Source: a virus. Taken from it: 64,000 nucleotides of DNA. A program made the position numbers and the translations under genes. Position 1 is the first letter of the stretch. Every line of letters begins with the position of its first letter. Under the pieces are notes generated by a model. It ran no database searches and was not told the origin of the DNA. It saw only the letters and a program-made list of their open reading frames with translations. This document shows, one piece after another, positions 63,583-64,000 of the stretch. The DNA is taken from IMG/VR virus record IMGVR_UViG_3300032308_001297, positions 1 through 64,000 of that record, one strand, 5' to 3'.

Positions 63583-64000
63583 CACCTTTATACTCGACGA
63601 AACATTCGATACATCCACCTTTACCTTTACGATTCATTTGTTTCCAAATATACGAATCAATATTATCCATATCATTTTCTAGAATGTCTGGTCTCAATAG
63701 AACAAACATTGCAAGCTGTGCTGTTTTCTGTCTGCAGATCATTTTAAATCCGTATTTCTCATAGAATGGAACAGCGTCTAGTTCTGCGGACACTCTGAAA
63801 TAATCAGCCTTATTATCAAAAGCGTATTGTAATGCGTAGTCACAGAGAAGAGATCCAACTCCTCTGCCACGAAACTTATAGAAGGTATGAAGTAATTGTA
63901 GATTAGCTACTAATGGTTGACGTTTAGAAACAGTAACAACGATAGCACCAGCTAACTCGTCGCCGTCCCAAGCTCCCATCAATAGACTCCAATCATTCAT
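63569..64000 (-). CDS. GNAT acetyltransferase (probably 5'-truncated by the window)
   Basis: NLQLLHTF..FRGRGVG, AVPFYEKYGF. Confidence 0.85.
   Translation of the reverse strand: MNDWSLLMGAWDGDELAGAIVVTVSKRQPLVANLQLLHTFYKFRGRGVGSLLCDYALQYAFDNKADYFRVSAELDAVPFYEKYGFKMICRQKTAQLAMFVLLRPDILENDMDNIDSYIWKQMNRKGKGGCIECFVEYKGVENF

Noticed and set aside
1-64000. Bacterial chromosome or prophage with a pmoCAB operon
   Set aside because: No pmoA/pmoB, rRNA, integrase or host housekeeping context; T4-like core genes and late promoters run throughout.
1-64000. Alternative genetic code (stop-codon reassignment)
   Set aside because: Conserved genes translate full-length with the standard code, TAA/TGA/TAG all end genes, and no suppressor tRNA was seen.

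Overview
AT-rich, gene-dense segment of a large T4-like (Tevenvirinae/cyanomyovirus-style) phage genome. It carries a stand-alone particulate methane monooxygenase subunit C gene (pmoC) of alphaproteobacterial (Methylocystis/Methylosinus-like) type, so the host is most likely a type II methanotroph. The window holds the T4-type replisome (gp43, uvsX, gp41, gp61, rnh on +; gp45-44-62-regA on -), nucleotide metabolism genes (thyX, class II nrdJ, glutaredoxin), lysis and cell-wall genes (spanin pair, M15 endolysin, RlpA-like), a late block of head/virion proteins, four tRNAs, GIY-YIG endonucleases and many tailoring enzymes (seven 2OG-Fe(II) oxygenases, a halogenase, a carbamoyltransferase, a sulfotransferase). 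The most notable observations are: (1) a phoH-plcP-agt-like cassette that looks like a phage-borne phosphate-starvation membrane-lipid remodelling system; (2) a compact tal-gmhA-hddA-gmhB-NTase-GT-methyltransferase heptose operon; (3) an unannotated secreted His-peptide ORF directly behind pmoC; (4) a ROSE-like RNA thermometer on hsp20; (5) a thymine-hypermodification-type kinase/transferase cluster; (6) enzymes with T4-like capsid-targeting N-termini; (7) a tRNA-Gly overlapped by two CDSs; and (8) a candidate structured ncRNA. All family calls come from motif recognition by eye; no database searches were run.
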